A stretch of DNA of 64,000 nt from assembly GCF_035555955.1 (NCBI RefSeq), contig NZ_DATMGA010000028.1:106402-170401 (forward strand), written 5' to 3'. The position numbers and the translations under genes are program-made. Shown one piece after another: positions 9,372 through 19,409 of this stretch. The stretch's first letter is position 1; each line of letters opens with the position of its first letter. The DNA comes from Eoetvoesiella sp. GTDB taxonomy: Bacteria > Pseudomonadota > Gammaproteobacteria > Burkholderiales > Burkholderiaceae_B. The notes under the pieces are model-generated. The model was given only the letters and a program-made list of their open reading frames with translations, was not told the DNA's origin and made no database searches.

Positions 9372-10085
9372 CTAGGGATTATGCAACCGCCGCTCCAGCA
9401 GCGCCAGGTCTTCGCGCAGCTGGCGCAGGGATTCGTCCACGCTGTTCTCGCGCGAGCGGCGTTCTTCGCCGCGTACCACCGATTGCAGGGCGAAAGTGGC
9501 GAGCATTTGCGCCACGTCTTCCAGCGGCACCTTGCCGCTGGCGCTGAACCACCACGCCGACCAGTTGCACATGCCCAGAATGGCGAAGGCCGCGATTTTC
9601 GGGTCGACGATGCGGAACTGTCCGGCCTGCATGCCGGCTTCGATTACCGCCTGGAAGCGGCTTAGCACCAGCCGGCGCGATGCCTCGGCCTCTTTGCGCA
9701 GGGCGGGAGAGAGGTTTTCTTCGTTGCGCTCGACGACCCGGAACTGCAGCGGATGCCCCAGTATGAGCCGGGCATGCTTCAGCACCAGCTGGCGCAGTGC
9801 CTCCATGGGGTCTGAATTGCTGTCGTCGACCTGGGCCGCCTGCTTGCCGGCCATGCCGGTTATTTCCGTCGTCAGCTCGCGCAGTATGGCTTCTTTATTG
9901 CGGAAGTAATAGTAGATGGCGGTGCGCGTAACGCCCATGGCCTCGGCGATATCGCCCATGCTGGTGCCCTGGAATCCGCGCTGTATGAACAAGGTGGAGG
10001 CGGCTTCCAGTATGGACTCCTGCAGCAGCTCGCGGCGCGAGGACTTGGGGGCGGGTGCGGATTTCTTGGGCGAAGTCTTGGGCAC
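9372..10085 (-). CDS. TetR/AcrR family transcriptional regulator
   Basis: N-terminal HTH TSMGDIAEAMGVTRTAIYYYFRNKEAIL. It is divergent from the 10333 operon. Confidence 0.9.
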   Translation of the reverse strand: MPKTSPKKSAPAPKSSRRELLQESILEAASTLFIQRGFQGTSMGDIAEAMGVTRTAIYYYFRNKEAILRELTTEITGMAGKQAAQVDDSNSDPMEALRQLVLKHARLILGHPLQFRVVERNEENLSPALRKEAEASRRLVLSRFQAVIEAGMQAGQFRIVDPKIAAFAILGMCNWSAWWFSASGKVPLEDVAQMLATFALQSVVRGEERRSRENSVDESLRQLREDLALLERRLHNP

Positions 10086-10216
10086 GATTGTTGTTCAGCT
10101 TTCTTGTCGGTTGCGAAGGGGAGCGGTGCGTGGGGGCTGCGCGGCAACCGCGGTTTTCCGGCCAATGATAAGGCAAGCCGGCGGTGGGCGCAGGCCCGAC
10201 TGCACTATGCGCCATT

Positions 10217-10234
10217 TTTGACATGAGCGTCAAA
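10217..10234. promoter_or_regulatory. Inverted repeat TTTGACATGAGCGTCAAA, candidate TetR operator
   Basis: Lies in the TetR/hydrolase divergent intergenic region. A related TGTCAAAAATGTC is present downstream. Confidence 0.4.
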
Positions 10235-10261
10235 TCCCCGCGTCTCGGTGTAAACACCTAG

Positions 10262-10277
10262 TTGTCTTTATCGACAA
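10262..10277. promoter_or_regulatory. Inverted repeat TTGTCTTTATCGACAA, second candidate operator
   Basis: Lies in the same intergenic region, just upstream of TAGAAT/TATAAAA -10-like elements and a strong SD (AAGGAGG). Confidence 0.35.
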
Positions 10278-10332
10278 TAATTTCACACTTGTGTCAAAAA
10301 TGTCTTAGAATATAAAAAAGGAGGCAGAAATC

Positions 10333-11619
10333 ATGAGTGAATCGCCGACCAGCAAAGACGCCGCCACCGGTGCGGCAAAGCCGCAGGAAGCCACGGCCGG
10401 GTTCCTGAACACCGACTGGAATCCGCGCGGGCTGCCGGAAGGCGCCGCCACCAGCAATGTGGTGCTGCGCACGCAAGACGGTGCGGCCACGGGTGGTGCG
10501 CTGTACCGTCCGGCCACCGCCACCGATACGGTGGTGTGCATCATGCATCCCCGGGAATTCATGGCGTGCCATTACCTGGTGCCGGACATCGTGGAAGCGG
10601 GCTATGCGGCCTGGTCGCAGTGGCCGCGCTCGGTCGGCAACGACCTTCGCCTGGAACACGAGTTCGCGCTTTACGACGTGGCGGCCGGCATGGAGTTCCT
10701 GCGCAAGGCCGGCTTCAAGCGCATTGTCCTGCTGGGAAATTCGGGGGGCAGCGGGCTGTACAGCCTGTATGCGCAGCAGGCCTCGCTGGCGCCCGCCGAC
10801 CGCATCAAGAAGACTCCGGGCGGGCGGGCCACCAAGCTGGACCAACTGGCCATGGTTGAGCCCGACGGCATGGTTTTCCTGGCGCCGCATCCCGGCCAGG
10901 GCGCGCTGCTTATGCAATGCATCGATCCTTCGGTCATCGACGAGTCTGACCCGCTTTCCGTGGATGCCTCGCTGGACCCCTTCGACGAGGCCAATGGCTT
11001 TGGCGACGCCAAAACCGGGGCGCGCTACGGCGCCGAGTTTGTGCGGCGCTATCGCCAGGGGCAGCACGAGCGCGTGCAGCGCCTGGACGCCATGGCGCAT
11101 GCCCTGATCGAACGGCGCATGCAGGCGCGCGGCCGCGCCAAAGAGGGCGGATCGGCCGCCGACCGCCGGCTTGGCGCCCATACCCCCATCATGCAGGTAT
11201 GGCGCACCAACGCCGATCTGCGCTGCTACGACCTGTCGCTGGACCCTTCGGACCGCAAGTACGGCACCTTGTGGGGCGGCGACCCGTTCGCTTCCAACTA
11301 CGGTTCGGTGGGTTTTGCCCGGCTGTGCTCGCCGGAAAGCTGGCTATCGACCTGGTCGGGAATCTCTTCCAACGCCTTGCTGGCCAAGTCGGCGCCAGCC
11401 ATCCGCCAGCCTACGCTGCTGGTGGAATACACCGGCGACCAGGCCTGCTTCCCGTCCATCATTCGCGACATATTCTCGGCCATCGGTGCTTCCGAAAAGC
11501 GGCACGAACGCGTAAGGGGCGATCACCACGGCCGCGCCCTGGCCGCGGGCGAAGAGCCGGGGCGCTACGTGGCGGGCCGTATCGTGCAGGAATGGCTGCG
11601 GCAGCATTTTCCCGGGTAG
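10333..11619 (+). CDS. Alpha/beta-fold hydrolase with a large lid insertion
   Basis: Nucleophile elbow GNSGGSG and candidate Asp (YTGDQ) and His (GDHHG) near the C-terminus. The family was recognised only at fold level. Confidence 0.6.
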   Translation: MSESPTSKDAATGAAKPQEATAGFLNTDWNPRGLPEGAATSNVVLRTQDGAATGGALYRPATATDTVVCIMHPREFMACHYLVPDIVEAGYAAWSQWPRSVGNDLRLEHEFALYDVAAGMEFLRKAGFKRIVLLGNSGGSGLYSLYAQQASLAPADRIKKTPGGRATKLDQLAMVEPDGMVFLAPHPGQGALLMQCIDPSVIDESDPLSVDASLDPFDEANGFGDAKTGARYGAEFVRRYRQGQHERVQRLDAMAHALIERRMQARGRAKEGGSAADRRLGAHTPIMQVWRTNADLRCYDLSLDPSDRKYGTLWGGDPFASNYGSVGFARLCSPESWLSTWSGISSNALLAKSAPAIRQPTLLVEYTGDQACFPSIIRDIFSAIGASEKRHERVRGDHHGRALAAGEEPGRYVAGRIVQEWLRQHFPG

Positions 11620-11678
11620 CCGATCCGGGCGCCCGGCGTGCCCGGGCTTTCCATTTCCATGTTTTCAAGGAACGAATC

Positions 11679-12548
11679 ATGTCATCTGCTTCGACGAGCA
11701 GCCTGGTGTTGAAAGGGGTGGACCACACGGCCCGCCCCACCTGGAGGCTGCGCGAAACCATTACGTTTTATCGCGACGTGCTTGGCCTGCCGCTGATCCA
11801 CACGATTTCCGCGCGAGGCTGGGGGCCGGCCACGCACCCAGACTTTTTGCATTTCTTTTTCGACAGCGGCAAGGGCAGCACCATTGCGTTTTTCTACTAC
11901 CTGGGCTCGTCGGAACCCGCAGGCTTGGGCCGCGAGAAGCACGCCAAGCCCTGGCCGGAGGATCATGTCTTCGACGCCACCCATACCGCCTGGCAGGTGG
12001 ATACCGAAGAAGAGCTCAAGGCCTGGAAGACGCGCCTGGAGGAAAAGGGGTTGGAGGTTTCCGTCGAAACCCGCCACGAAATCATCGAATCCATTTATTT
12101 TCGCGATCCCAACGGCTATTTCGTGGAGATCACGCGCAAGCTGCGTCCGCTGCAGGAGCGCGATTCGACCGACGCGGAGCTGACGCTGCAGGCGGCCATG
12201 GAGCTGGAGGACGAGGCCGCCCGCGGGGTGCAGGACATTGGCGCCATCGACGACGTCTGGAACCGCAAGTCCAGGCTGCTTTTGTCCGACGCAAGCCCGG
12301 GTGCCGCGCGGGTGCTGGTTTTGAAAGTGCCCGAGTTCGCCGCGTTGATCGAGGCGGCCCGGCGGTCGCCGCAATGCAAGGTGGACGACAGCCTGGAGGA
12401 CTATGCGGTGATCGAGTCGCAGTCGCCCATGGAATTCAGCCGCAAAGAGCTGGGCGTGAAGCCCGCCGTCTGGTATGGGCTGTTCACGGGCGGCCTGCAG
12501 GGACGCATCACGGTGTTCGACCGCGACCGCGTTCGCATAGAGCCTTAG
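11679..12548 (+). CDS. VOC (glyoxalase/bleomycin resistance/extradiol dioxygenase) family protein with an uncharacterised C-terminal domain
   Basis: ATG 11679. The N-terminal ~150 aa have VOC features (GVDHTA, THTAW, YFVEI as putative H/H/E ligands). The last ~130 aa are unassigned. The tracked 11199 start runs through the hydrolase gene in another frame. Confidence 0.65.
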   Translation: MSSASTSSLVLKGVDHTARPTWRLRETITFYRDVLGLPLIHTISARGWGPATHPDFLHFFFDSGKGSTIAFFYYLGSSEPAGLGREKHAKPWPEDHVFDATHTAWQVDTEEELKAWKTRLEEKGLEVSVETRHEIIESIYFRDPNGYFVEITRKLRPLQERDSTDAELTLQAAMELEDEAARGVQDIGAIDDVWNRKSRLLLSDASPGAARVLVLKVPEFAALIEAARRSPQCKVDDSLEDYAVIESQSPMEFSRKELGVKPAVWYGLFTGGLQGRITVFDRDRVRIEP

Positions 12549-12581
12549 GCGAGACGACGCGGCGGCGTAAAGGAGAGACAA

Positions 12582-14267
12582 GTGAAAGACATACTGAACC
12601 CCCTGGAAGGGGTTGTGTACCAGACCGAGGAAAAGGCGCGGGCCTATCTGGGCAGCGGAGCCTGGGTCGACGACACGGTGGGTGGGGCCTTGCGCAAGAG
12701 CGCCACGCGCCACCCGGACCGGCCGGCCTACATTACCGACGAGGGCACGCTTACCTATCGGCAATTGAACGAACAAAGCGATTGCCTGGCGGCGGCGCTG
12801 CTGGACCTTGGTTTGAAGCCGGGCGACCGTGCCATCTTCCAGATGGGCAGCACGCTGCAAACCGCCTTGGCCGTGCTGGCCTGCTACAAGGCGGGCGTGG
12901 TGCCGGTGTGCGCGGTGCCGCAGTACCGCGAAATGGAAATCGGCAAGCTCATGCAGATGTCGCAGGCCACGGCGTATTTCGTGCAGGCCGACTTCAGCAG
13001 CTTCGACCTGGTGGAGTTTGCGCAGAAGATGATGGACAAGAACGAGCATGTTCGTCACCTGGTGGTGGCGCGCGGCACGCCGTCGATGCCGGGCCATGGC
13101 TTGCAGGCCCTGATTGCACGGCATACGCCGGAAAGCGGGCGGGAGCGGCTGAAAGACGTGCCCGTTGGACCGCGCGACGTGCTGGCCTTCCAGCTTTCGG
13201 GCGGCTCCACCGGCCTGCCGAAAATCATCCCGCGTTTCCATGGCGAATACCTGGGCCATAGCGCCGGCTGGTCCAGGCGGTATGCCATCGATGAATCGTC
13301 CCGCGTCATCTGGTCGCTGCCGTTGATGCACAATGCCGGGCAGATCTACGCCATGATGCCCATGGTGCTGCTGGGCGTTACCACGGTGCTGATGCCCAAG
13401 GTGGATATCCAGCGCATGCTGGAGCTGATTCAAGAGCATCGCGTTACGCACGGCCTGTCGATAGGCCCCATAGCCCCGCAGCTGATTGCGTTCCAAGGCA
13501 TCCGCAAGTATGACCTGTCGTCGCTGAAGCTGTTCGCCACCATGAGCCGGTCCGACACCCTGGAGGAGCATCTGGGCGTGCCCTGCTCCAATCTGTACGG
13601 CATTACGGAAGGCCTGTTGCTGGGCTCGCAGGCCGGCGAGCCGGCGTTCGTGCGGCACCATACCCAGGGAACCAGCGGCTGCCCGGACGACGAGATCACC
13701 ATACGCGAGCCGGGCACGGACCGCATTCTTCCTGCCGGTTCGACGGGCGAGATGTGCTTCCGGGGGCCTTCCAGTCTGCTGGGCTATTACGGCGACCCCG
13801 CGGCCACGCGCGAGGCGCTGACCGACGACGGCTTCGTGCGCAGTGGCGACCTGGTCACCGAGCACTGCCTGGAAGGCCGTTCCTGGTACGCCTTCGAGGG
13901 CCGGTTGCGCGACAACATCAATCGCGGCGGAGAAAAAATCGGCTGCGAGGAAGTGGAGGGCTGCATCAGCCATCACCCCGCCATCGCCGACACCAAGCTG
14001 GTGGCCATGCCCGACCCTGTGTATGGCGAGCGCGCATGCGCCTACATCATCGTGCGGCCGGGGCATACGGCGCCCACCATTCCCGAGATGATCGCCTTCC
14101 TGACGGAAATGGGCCTGGCCAAGTTCAAGTGCCCCGAGCGCATCGAGGTGGTGGATGAGTTTCCCACGACCCGGGTGGGCAAGGTGGACAAGGTGGCCCT
14201 GCGCAAGATGGTGGCCGAGCGGCTGGCCGAAGAAGGCGAGCAGGCCGGGCAAGGGGTCAAGCGATGA
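12582..14267 (+). CDS. Aryl-acid adenylating enzyme / aryl-CoA ligase (EntE/DhbE/salicylate-AMP ligase-like ANL family)
   Basis: GTG start after AAAGGAGAG. The motif FQLSGGSTGLPKIIPRFH is typical of EntE/DhbE-type aryl-AMP ligases. C-terminal GEKIGCEEVE and GKVDK are present. Confidence 0.8.
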   Translation: MKDILNPLEGVVYQTEEKARAYLGSGAWVDDTVGGALRKSATRHPDRPAYITDEGTLTYRQLNEQSDCLAAALLDLGLKPGDRAIFQMGSTLQTALAVLACYKAGVVPVCAVPQYREMEIGKLMQMSQATAYFVQADFSSFDLVEFAQKMMDKNEHVRHLVVARGTPSMPGHGLQALIARHTPESGRERLKDVPVGPRDVLAFQLSGGSTGLPKIIPRFHGEYLGHSAGWSRRYAIDESSRVIWSLPLMHNAGQIYAMMPMVLLGVTTVLMPKVDIQRMLELIQEHRVTHGLSIGPIAPQLIAFQGIRKYDLSSLKLFATMSRSDTLEEHLGVPCSNLYGITEGLLLGSQAGEPAFVRHHTQGTSGCPDDEITIREPGTDRILPAGSTGEMCFRGPSSLLGYYGDPAATREALTDDGFVRSGDLVTEHCLEGRSWYAFEGRLRDNINRGGEKIGCEEVEGCISHHPAIADTKLVAMPDPVYGERACAYIIVRPGHTAPTIPEMIAFLTEMGLAKFKCPERIEVVDEFPTTRVGKVDKVALRKMVAERLAEEGEQAGQGVKR

Positions 14268-14746
14268 TGGTCAGCACGGAGCATGTAATCGGCACGCAGC
14301 CCTTCACCATACGCCGGACCGTCAAGTGGGGCGATTGCGACCCCGCTGGCGTGGTCTACACCGTGGTGTTCGGCGAGTACGTGATCTCGGCGGCCGAGCT
14401 GTTCTATCGGCATCTGTTCGGCGAAGGGCCGCAGCATGCCAAGGACAGGCACGGCTTTGGAACGCCGACGCGGGGCCTGACCTTCGACTTCCAGCGTTCG
14501 CTGCGCCCGGACGAGCAGTTCGACGTAGAGGTCACGGTGGGCGAGATCCGCTCGCGCACCTACACCCTGGTCATGCATGGGCGCACTTTGGCCGGCGAAA
14601 CGGTATTCGTCGCGCGGCTTACACCAATTTGCGTGGCGCGCGGAGAGCGCCGCGCCATTGATATGCCGCTCGTCCTGCGCGAGGCGCTGCAGGCATACCA
14701 GGCCGGTCAGGCGCTGGACCAAGAGCATCACACGAAGCAAAGCTAG
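14264..14746 (+). CDS. Hotdog-fold acyl-CoA thioesterase (4HBT/YbgC type)
   Basis: The N-terminus VKWGDCDPAGVVY carries the 4HBT catalytic Asp context. It is about 160 aa. Its start overlaps the ligase stop (ATGA), implying translational coupling. Confidence 0.75.
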   Translation: MMVSTEHVIGTQPFTIRRTVKWGDCDPAGVVYTVVFGEYVISAAELFYRHLFGEGPQHAKDRHGFGTPTRGLTFDFQRSLRPDEQFDVEVTVGEIRSRTYTLVMHGRTLAGETVFVARLTPICVARGERRAIDMPLVLREALQAYQAGQALDQEHHTKQS

Positions 14747-14803
14747 AAAGCATCATCCATAAACATTATCAAAAAGCATTACTCAAAAAACAGGAGACTA
14801 ATC

Positions 14804-15979
14804 ATGTCGATGAAATTGAAAATCGCATTGGGGCTGGCGTCCTTGCTGTGCGCCGCCCAGGCCGGCGCGGTGCAACCCGTCAAGCTGGGGTTCATTGCCG
14901 CGCAAAGCGGTCCGCTGGGCGTACTGGGGGCCGAGCAGAAGCGCGGCCTGGATCTGGCGCTGGAAGCGTTGGGCGGCAAGCTGGGCGGCCACCCTGTGGA
15001 ATTGTTCAGCGCCGATTCGCGCGGGGTGCCCGGCACGGCCGTGCAGGAGGCGTCCAAGCTGATAGAGAAGGATGAGGTGGACGTCATTACCGGCGCTACG
15101 GCGTCGAACGAGATCCTGGCCATGGTCAAGCCCATTTCCAGGGCCGGACTGACCCTGGTGGGGTCGAACGGCGGGCCGTCGCCGCTGGCCGGCAAAGAAT
15201 GCAATCCGGGCTATTACAGCGTGGCTTTCCAGAACGACCAATGGAGCGAGGGCATGGGCACCTATATGTCGGCCCACGGCGTCAAGCGCGCCTACTTCAT
15301 CGGCATGGACTACCAGGCGGGCTGGGACCACGTGGGCGGCGCGCAGCGCAGCTTCAAGGGTGAAACCGTTGCCAAGGTCTTCACGCCTCAGGCGCAGCTG
15401 GACTTCTCGGCCGAACTGGCGCAAATACGGGCCGCGAAGCCGGACGGCGTGTTCGCGTTCTACCCGGGCGGCGCGGCCATTGCGTTCGTGAAGCAGTACG
15501 CCCAGGCCGGGCTTTCCAAGACGATTCCGCTTTACTCGAATGCCGGCCTAGTCGATACGCTGTTCCTTCCCTCTTTCGGCGACAACGCAGTGGGCGTGGT
15601 GATCTCCAGCCACTACAGCGCCGACCTGGACAATGCGGCGAACAAGAAGTTCGTGGCCGCCTTCCGGGCTAAATACAAGCGCGATCCCTCCAGCTATGCC
15701 GCCTCGCAATACGATGCCGTAATGCTTATCGACCATGCTTTGCGCGACATCGGCGGCGACAAGATCGACAAGGCCAAGCTGCGCGCAGCCCTCGAGACCA
15801 CGAAATTCGACAGCGTGCGCGGGGCGTTCAAGTTCAACGTGAACCACATGCCCATCCAGAACATCTATGTGCAGCGCGTCGAGCGCGACAAGAACGGTGA
15901 GCTGGCCCTGCGCCTGCTGGGCGTGGCTCAGGAAAACGCCGCCGACCGCTATGCGCAGGACTGCGCCATGAAGAAGTAG
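14804..15979 (+). CDS. ABC transporter substrate-binding protein (LivJ/K-like, cluster B)
   Basis: Signal peptide MSMKLKIALGLASLLCAAQAGA followed by VKLGFIAAQSGP, typical of Leu/Ile/Val-binding family SBPs. Confidence 0.85.
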   Translation: MSMKLKIALGLASLLCAAQAGAVQPVKLGFIAAQSGPLGVLGAEQKRGLDLALEALGGKLGGHPVELFSADSRGVPGTAVQEASKLIEKDEVDVITGATASNEILAMVKPISRAGLTLVGSNGGPSPLAGKECNPGYYSVAFQNDQWSEGMGTYMSAHGVKRAYFIGMDYQAGWDHVGGAQRSFKGETVAKVFTPQAQLDFSAELAQIRAAKPDGVFAFYPGGAAIAFVKQYAQAGLSKTIPLYSNAGLVDTLFLPSFGDNAVGVVISSHYSADLDNAANKKFVAAFRAKYKRDPSSYAASQYDAVMLIDHALRDIGGDKIDKAKLRAALETTKFDSVRGAFKFNVNHMPIQNIYVQRVERDKNGELALRLLGVAQENAADRYAQDCAMKK

Positions 15980-15995
15980 CAGCAGGTTCAAGCTC

Positions 15996-16895
15996 ATGAC
16001 ACTGTCGAACTTATTCGAGCAGGTCTTCAACGGCCTGCAATACGGGATGCTGCTTTTCCTGATGGCCATGGGCGTGACCCTGATCTTCGGGGTCATGCGG
16101 CTGGTCAACCTTGCCCATGGTTCCATGTTCATGGTGGGCGGCTACCTGGCCAGCTCGGGACTGCAGGCTTCGGGATCCGTGTGGGTGGCCATAGCGTGCG
16201 CGCTGGTGGGTTCGGCGGTGCTGGGCGCCGTGCTTGAAATCCTGGTGATACGGCCGCTGTACCAGCGCGGCCACCTGGATCAACTGCTGGCCACGTTCGG
16301 CGTCACGCTTACGCTCAACGAACTGGTGGTGGTCATATGGGGGCGCGAACCTGTATTCATGCCGGTTCCCGCCTTGCTGACCGGCCAGGTATCGCTGCTG
16401 GGCGTGCCTTATCCGGTTTATCGGCTGGTCATTACCGGGGTGGCCGTGCTTACGGGGCTGATCCTGATGTGGCTGGTTTCGCGCACGCGCTTCGGCATGC
16501 TGGTGCGGGCCGGCGCCGACAACCGCACGATGGTTGCCGGGCTGGGGGTGAACGTGGTGCTGCTGTATACGCTGGTGTTCAGCCTGGCCGCGGTGCTGGC
16601 GGGTCTGGCGGGAATGATGTCGGGGCCGCTTATTTCCATGCAGCCGGCCGTCGGCGATCCCATTCTCATTCTCACCTTGTCGGTGGTCTGCATTGGCGGC
16701 TTCGGTTCGGTGCGCGGCGCGCTGGTGGCCTCGCTGCTGATCGGCCTGCTCGACACCTTCGGGCGGATATTCGCGCCGCAATGGTTCGGCGCAATGGGCA
16801 ATACCCTGGCCAATATGCTGGTGTACATCATCATGGCGCTGGTGCTGTTCTTCAAGCCCGCCGGCCTGTTCACGCTGACGGGGAAAAAAGCATGA
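15996..16895 (+). CDS. Branched-chain amino acid-type ABC transporter permease (LivH-like)
   Basis: 299 aa and polytopic hydrophobic. LVNLAHGSMFMVGGY is a LivH family motif. Confidence 0.85.
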   Translation: MTLSNLFEQVFNGLQYGMLLFLMAMGVTLIFGVMRLVNLAHGSMFMVGGYLASSGLQASGSVWVAIACALVGSAVLGAVLEILVIRPLYQRGHLDQLLATFGVTLTLNELVVVIWGREPVFMPVPALLTGQVSLLGVPYPVYRLVITGVAVLTGLILMWLVSRTRFGMLVRAGADNRTMVAGLGVNVVLLYTLVFSLAAVLAGLAGMMSGPLISMQPAVGDPILILTLSVVCIGGFGSVRGALVASLLIGLLDTFGRIFAPQWFGAMGNTLANMLVYIIMALVLFFKPAGLFTLTGKKA

Positions 16896-17899
16896 ATCCA
16901 AACACAAACCCCGCTTTTGCATTCCGGCGCGCCTGGATTCTTTGGGCCTTGCTGGCGCTGCTGCTGGTGCTGCCTTTGCTGGGCGAACCCTATTATGTGA
17001 AGCTGGCGACGCGCATGGTCATTTTCGGGCTGGCGGCGCTTAGCCTGGATCTACTGGTGGGCTATGCCGGGCTGATCAGCTTCGGGCATGCGGCCTTCAT
17101 GGGCGTGGGTGCCTATACCGTGGGAATACTGGCCAGCCATGGCCTGGCCAGCGCCTGGGTTGTCTGGCCGCTGGCCATGCTGGCCGGGGCCGTGCTGGCC
17201 TTGTGCATCGGCGCGGTCTCGTTGCGATGCAATGGGCTGTACTTCATTTTCATTACGCTGGCGTTTTCGCAGATGGTGTATTACGGGGCGCAAAGCCTGC
17301 GGCAGTATGGCGGGGACGACGGCTTTTCGCTGGATGCTTCCAGCACAATCCTGCCCGGCGTGGATGCTTCGGACCATACGGTGCTGTTCTATGCGTCGGT
17401 GGTATTGCTGTTGGTCGTTTTGTATGCTTGCCGGCGGCTGGTCATGTCGCCGTTCGGGCGGGTGGCCGTGGCGGTGCGCGACAATGAATTGCGCCTGCAG
17501 GCCGTGGGGGTAAGGCCGTATCCGTACAAGCTGGCGATGTTCGTGGTTTCGGGCGCCATCGGGGCCTTGGCGGGCGCGCTCATGGCCAATCTTACGGGCT
17601 TCATTTCGCCGGGCTATGTGTCGTGGCTGGTATCGGGCGAGCTGCTGGTCATGGTCATCCTGGGCTCGGTCGGCACGCTGGTGGGGCCGATACTGGGCGC
17701 CGCGCTGTTCGTCGCTTTCGAATATGTTCTGTCGGACTGGACCGAGCACTGGATGCTGGTGTTCGGCCCCTTGCTGGTGTTGCGGGTGCTGTTGCTCAAG
17801 GACGGCATATACGGTTTGCTTTTGCGCCGCCCGGCGGTTTCCGCGCCGGCAAGCGGCAGCGGGCGCGCCGAGCCTGCCGGGACGGGAGGGCAGGCATGA
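16892..17899 (+). CDS. Branched-chain amino acid-type ABC transporter permease (LivM-like)
   Basis: ATG 16892 overlaps the LivH stop. GYAGLISFGHAAFMGVGAY is a LivM family motif. The tracked 16337 start is in-frame read-through of the LivH region. Confidence 0.85.
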   Translation: MNPNTNPAFAFRRAWILWALLALLLVLPLLGEPYYVKLATRMVIFGLAALSLDLLVGYAGLISFGHAAFMGVGAYTVGILASHGLASAWVVWPLAMLAGAVLALCIGAVSLRCNGLYFIFITLAFSQMVYYGAQSLRQYGGDDGFSLDASSTILPGVDASDHTVLFYASVVLLLVVLYACRRLVMSPFGRVAVAVRDNELRLQAVGVRPYPYKLAMFVVSGAIGALAGALMANLTGFISPGYVSWLVSGELLVMVILGSVGTLVGPILGAALFVAFEYVLSDWTEHWMLVFGPLLVLRVLLLKDGIYGLLLRRPAVSAPASGSGRAEPAGTGGQA

Positions 17900-18651
17900 A
17901 TACGCCCTTGCTTGAAATTCGCGGCCTCAAGAAGAAATACGGCTCGTTGACCGTTACCGACAACGTGTCGCTTACCGTGAACGCCAACGAGCTGCATGCG
18001 CTTATCGGCCCCAACGGGGCGGGAAAGACCACCTTGGTCAGCCAGATATCGGGTCAGCTGATGCCCGATTCCGGTTCCATCCTGCTGGAAAGCGAAGACA
18101 TTGCCAGGCTGCCCACACCGCAGCGAACGCGGCGTGGCGTGGGCCGCTCGTTCCAGATAACCAGTATTTTTTCCAGCCTGACGGCCCAGGAAAATGTGGC
18201 GCTGGCGGTGCGGGCCAGCCTGGGGCAGAGCCGGGGTTTCTGGAAGCCGGCTTCGGCCTACGGCCAGGCGCGTCAACAGGCGCTGGACTTGCTGGAACAG
18301 GTGGGGCTGGGCGACTGCGGCGATGCGCCGTGCAATGAACTGGCCCACGGGCAGCTGCGCCAGCTGGAACTGGCGCTGGCCTTGGCCGCCAGGCCAAGAA
18401 TACTCGTCCTGGACGAGCCCATGGCGGGCCTGGGGCCGGTGGAAGCCCGCCATATGGTAGAGCTGCTTGCCTCGCTGAAGAATGAATGCGCCATTTTGCT
18501 GATCGAGCACGATATGGACGCCGTGTTCGCCCTGGCCGACCGGATTTCCGTTCTGGTGGCCGGCCGCGTGGTGCTTAGCGGTTCGGCGGACGACGTGCGC
18601 AACAGCGACGAAGTGCGCCAAGCGTATCTGGGAGACGACGATGAAGCATGA
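17896..18651 (+). CDS. ABC transporter ATP-binding protein (LivG-like)
   Basis: ATG 17896 overlaps the LivM stop. Walker A GPNGAGKTT and Walker B LVLDEPMAGL are present. Confidence 0.88.
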   Translation: MNTPLLEIRGLKKKYGSLTVTDNVSLTVNANELHALIGPNGAGKTTLVSQISGQLMPDSGSILLESEDIARLPTPQRTRRGVGRSFQITSIFSSLTAQENVALAVRASLGQSRGFWKPASAYGQARQQALDLLEQVGLGDCGDAPCNELAHGQLRQLELALALAARPRILVLDEPMAGLGPVEARHMVELLASLKNECAILLIEHDMDAVFALADRISVLVAGRVVLSGSADDVRNSDEVRQAYLGDDDEA

Positions 18652-19387
18652 CGGAGTATTGCCTGCCCAGGAAGGTTCCGGGGTGCTGCTGGCGCTGGAC
18701 GGCGTATGCAGCGGCTATGGCCTGGGCCAGGTGCTGTTCGAGGTTTCCATGACGATCCGCAAGGGCGAAGTCGTTTCCCTGATGGGGCGCAACGGCATGG
18801 GCAAGACCACGCTCATCCGCACGGTCATGGGCATGCTGGCGCCTCGCGCCGGGAACATTCAATTTGGCGAGCGGCGGCTCAACGGCCTGGCCATGCATCG
18901 CGTCGCCGCGCTTGGGCTGGGCTGGGTGCCCGAGGGGCGGTTCATTTTCCCCAGCCTTTCTGTGGAAGAGAACCTGGTCGCCACGGCATCGCGCCGGGCC
19001 GTATCGGGGCAGCCATGGACGCTGGAGCGCATCTACGAGCTATTTCCGCGGTTGTACGAGCGGCGCAGGAACGGCGGCGCCCAGCTTTCGGGCGGCGAGC
19101 AGCAAATGCTGACCATAGGCAGGGCGCTGATGACGAATCCCAGCCTGCTGATCCTGGACGAGGCGACGGAAGGCTTGTCGCCCAAGATACGCCAGGAAAT
19201 CTGGCGGACACTGGGCGTCGTCAAAAGCACCGGCCAGTCGATACTGGTGGTCGACAAGGACGTTCGCGCCCTGGCGAAGCTGGCCGACCGCCATTACATG
19301 ATTGAAAAAGGGCGCATTGCGTGGGAAGGCGATTCGGCGGCGTTGTTCGCCGACGCCGGCCTGGCGCAGCGCTATGTGGGTTTATGA
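18641..19387 (+). CDS. ABC transporter ATP-binding protein (LivF-like)
   Basis: Walker A GRNGMGKTT, signature LSGGEQQ and Walker B LILDEATEGL. It overlaps the LivG end by 11 nt. Confidence 0.88.
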   Translation: MKHDGVLPAQEGSGVLLALDGVCSGYGLGQVLFEVSMTIRKGEVVSLMGRNGMGKTTLIRTVMGMLAPRAGNIQFGERRLNGLAMHRVAALGLGWVPEGRFIFPSLSVEENLVATASRRAVSGQPWTLERIYELFPRLYERRRNGGAQLSGGEQQMLTIGRALMTNPSLLILDEATEGLSPKIRQEIWRTLGVVKSTGQSILVVDKDVRALAKLADRHYMIEKGRIAWEGDSAALFADAGLAQRYVGL

Positions 19388-19409
19388 ATTTATTGGAAAA
19401 GGTGTGCTC

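Noticed and set aside
11682-14252. 856-aa ORF on the minus strand spanning the VOC and aryl-ligase genes
   Set aside because: It is antisense to two well-supported genes with clear family motifs. The product is Arg/Gly/Ala/His-rich low-complexity sequence with no recognisable domain. Stop-free antisense frames of this kind are typical in GC-rich DNA.
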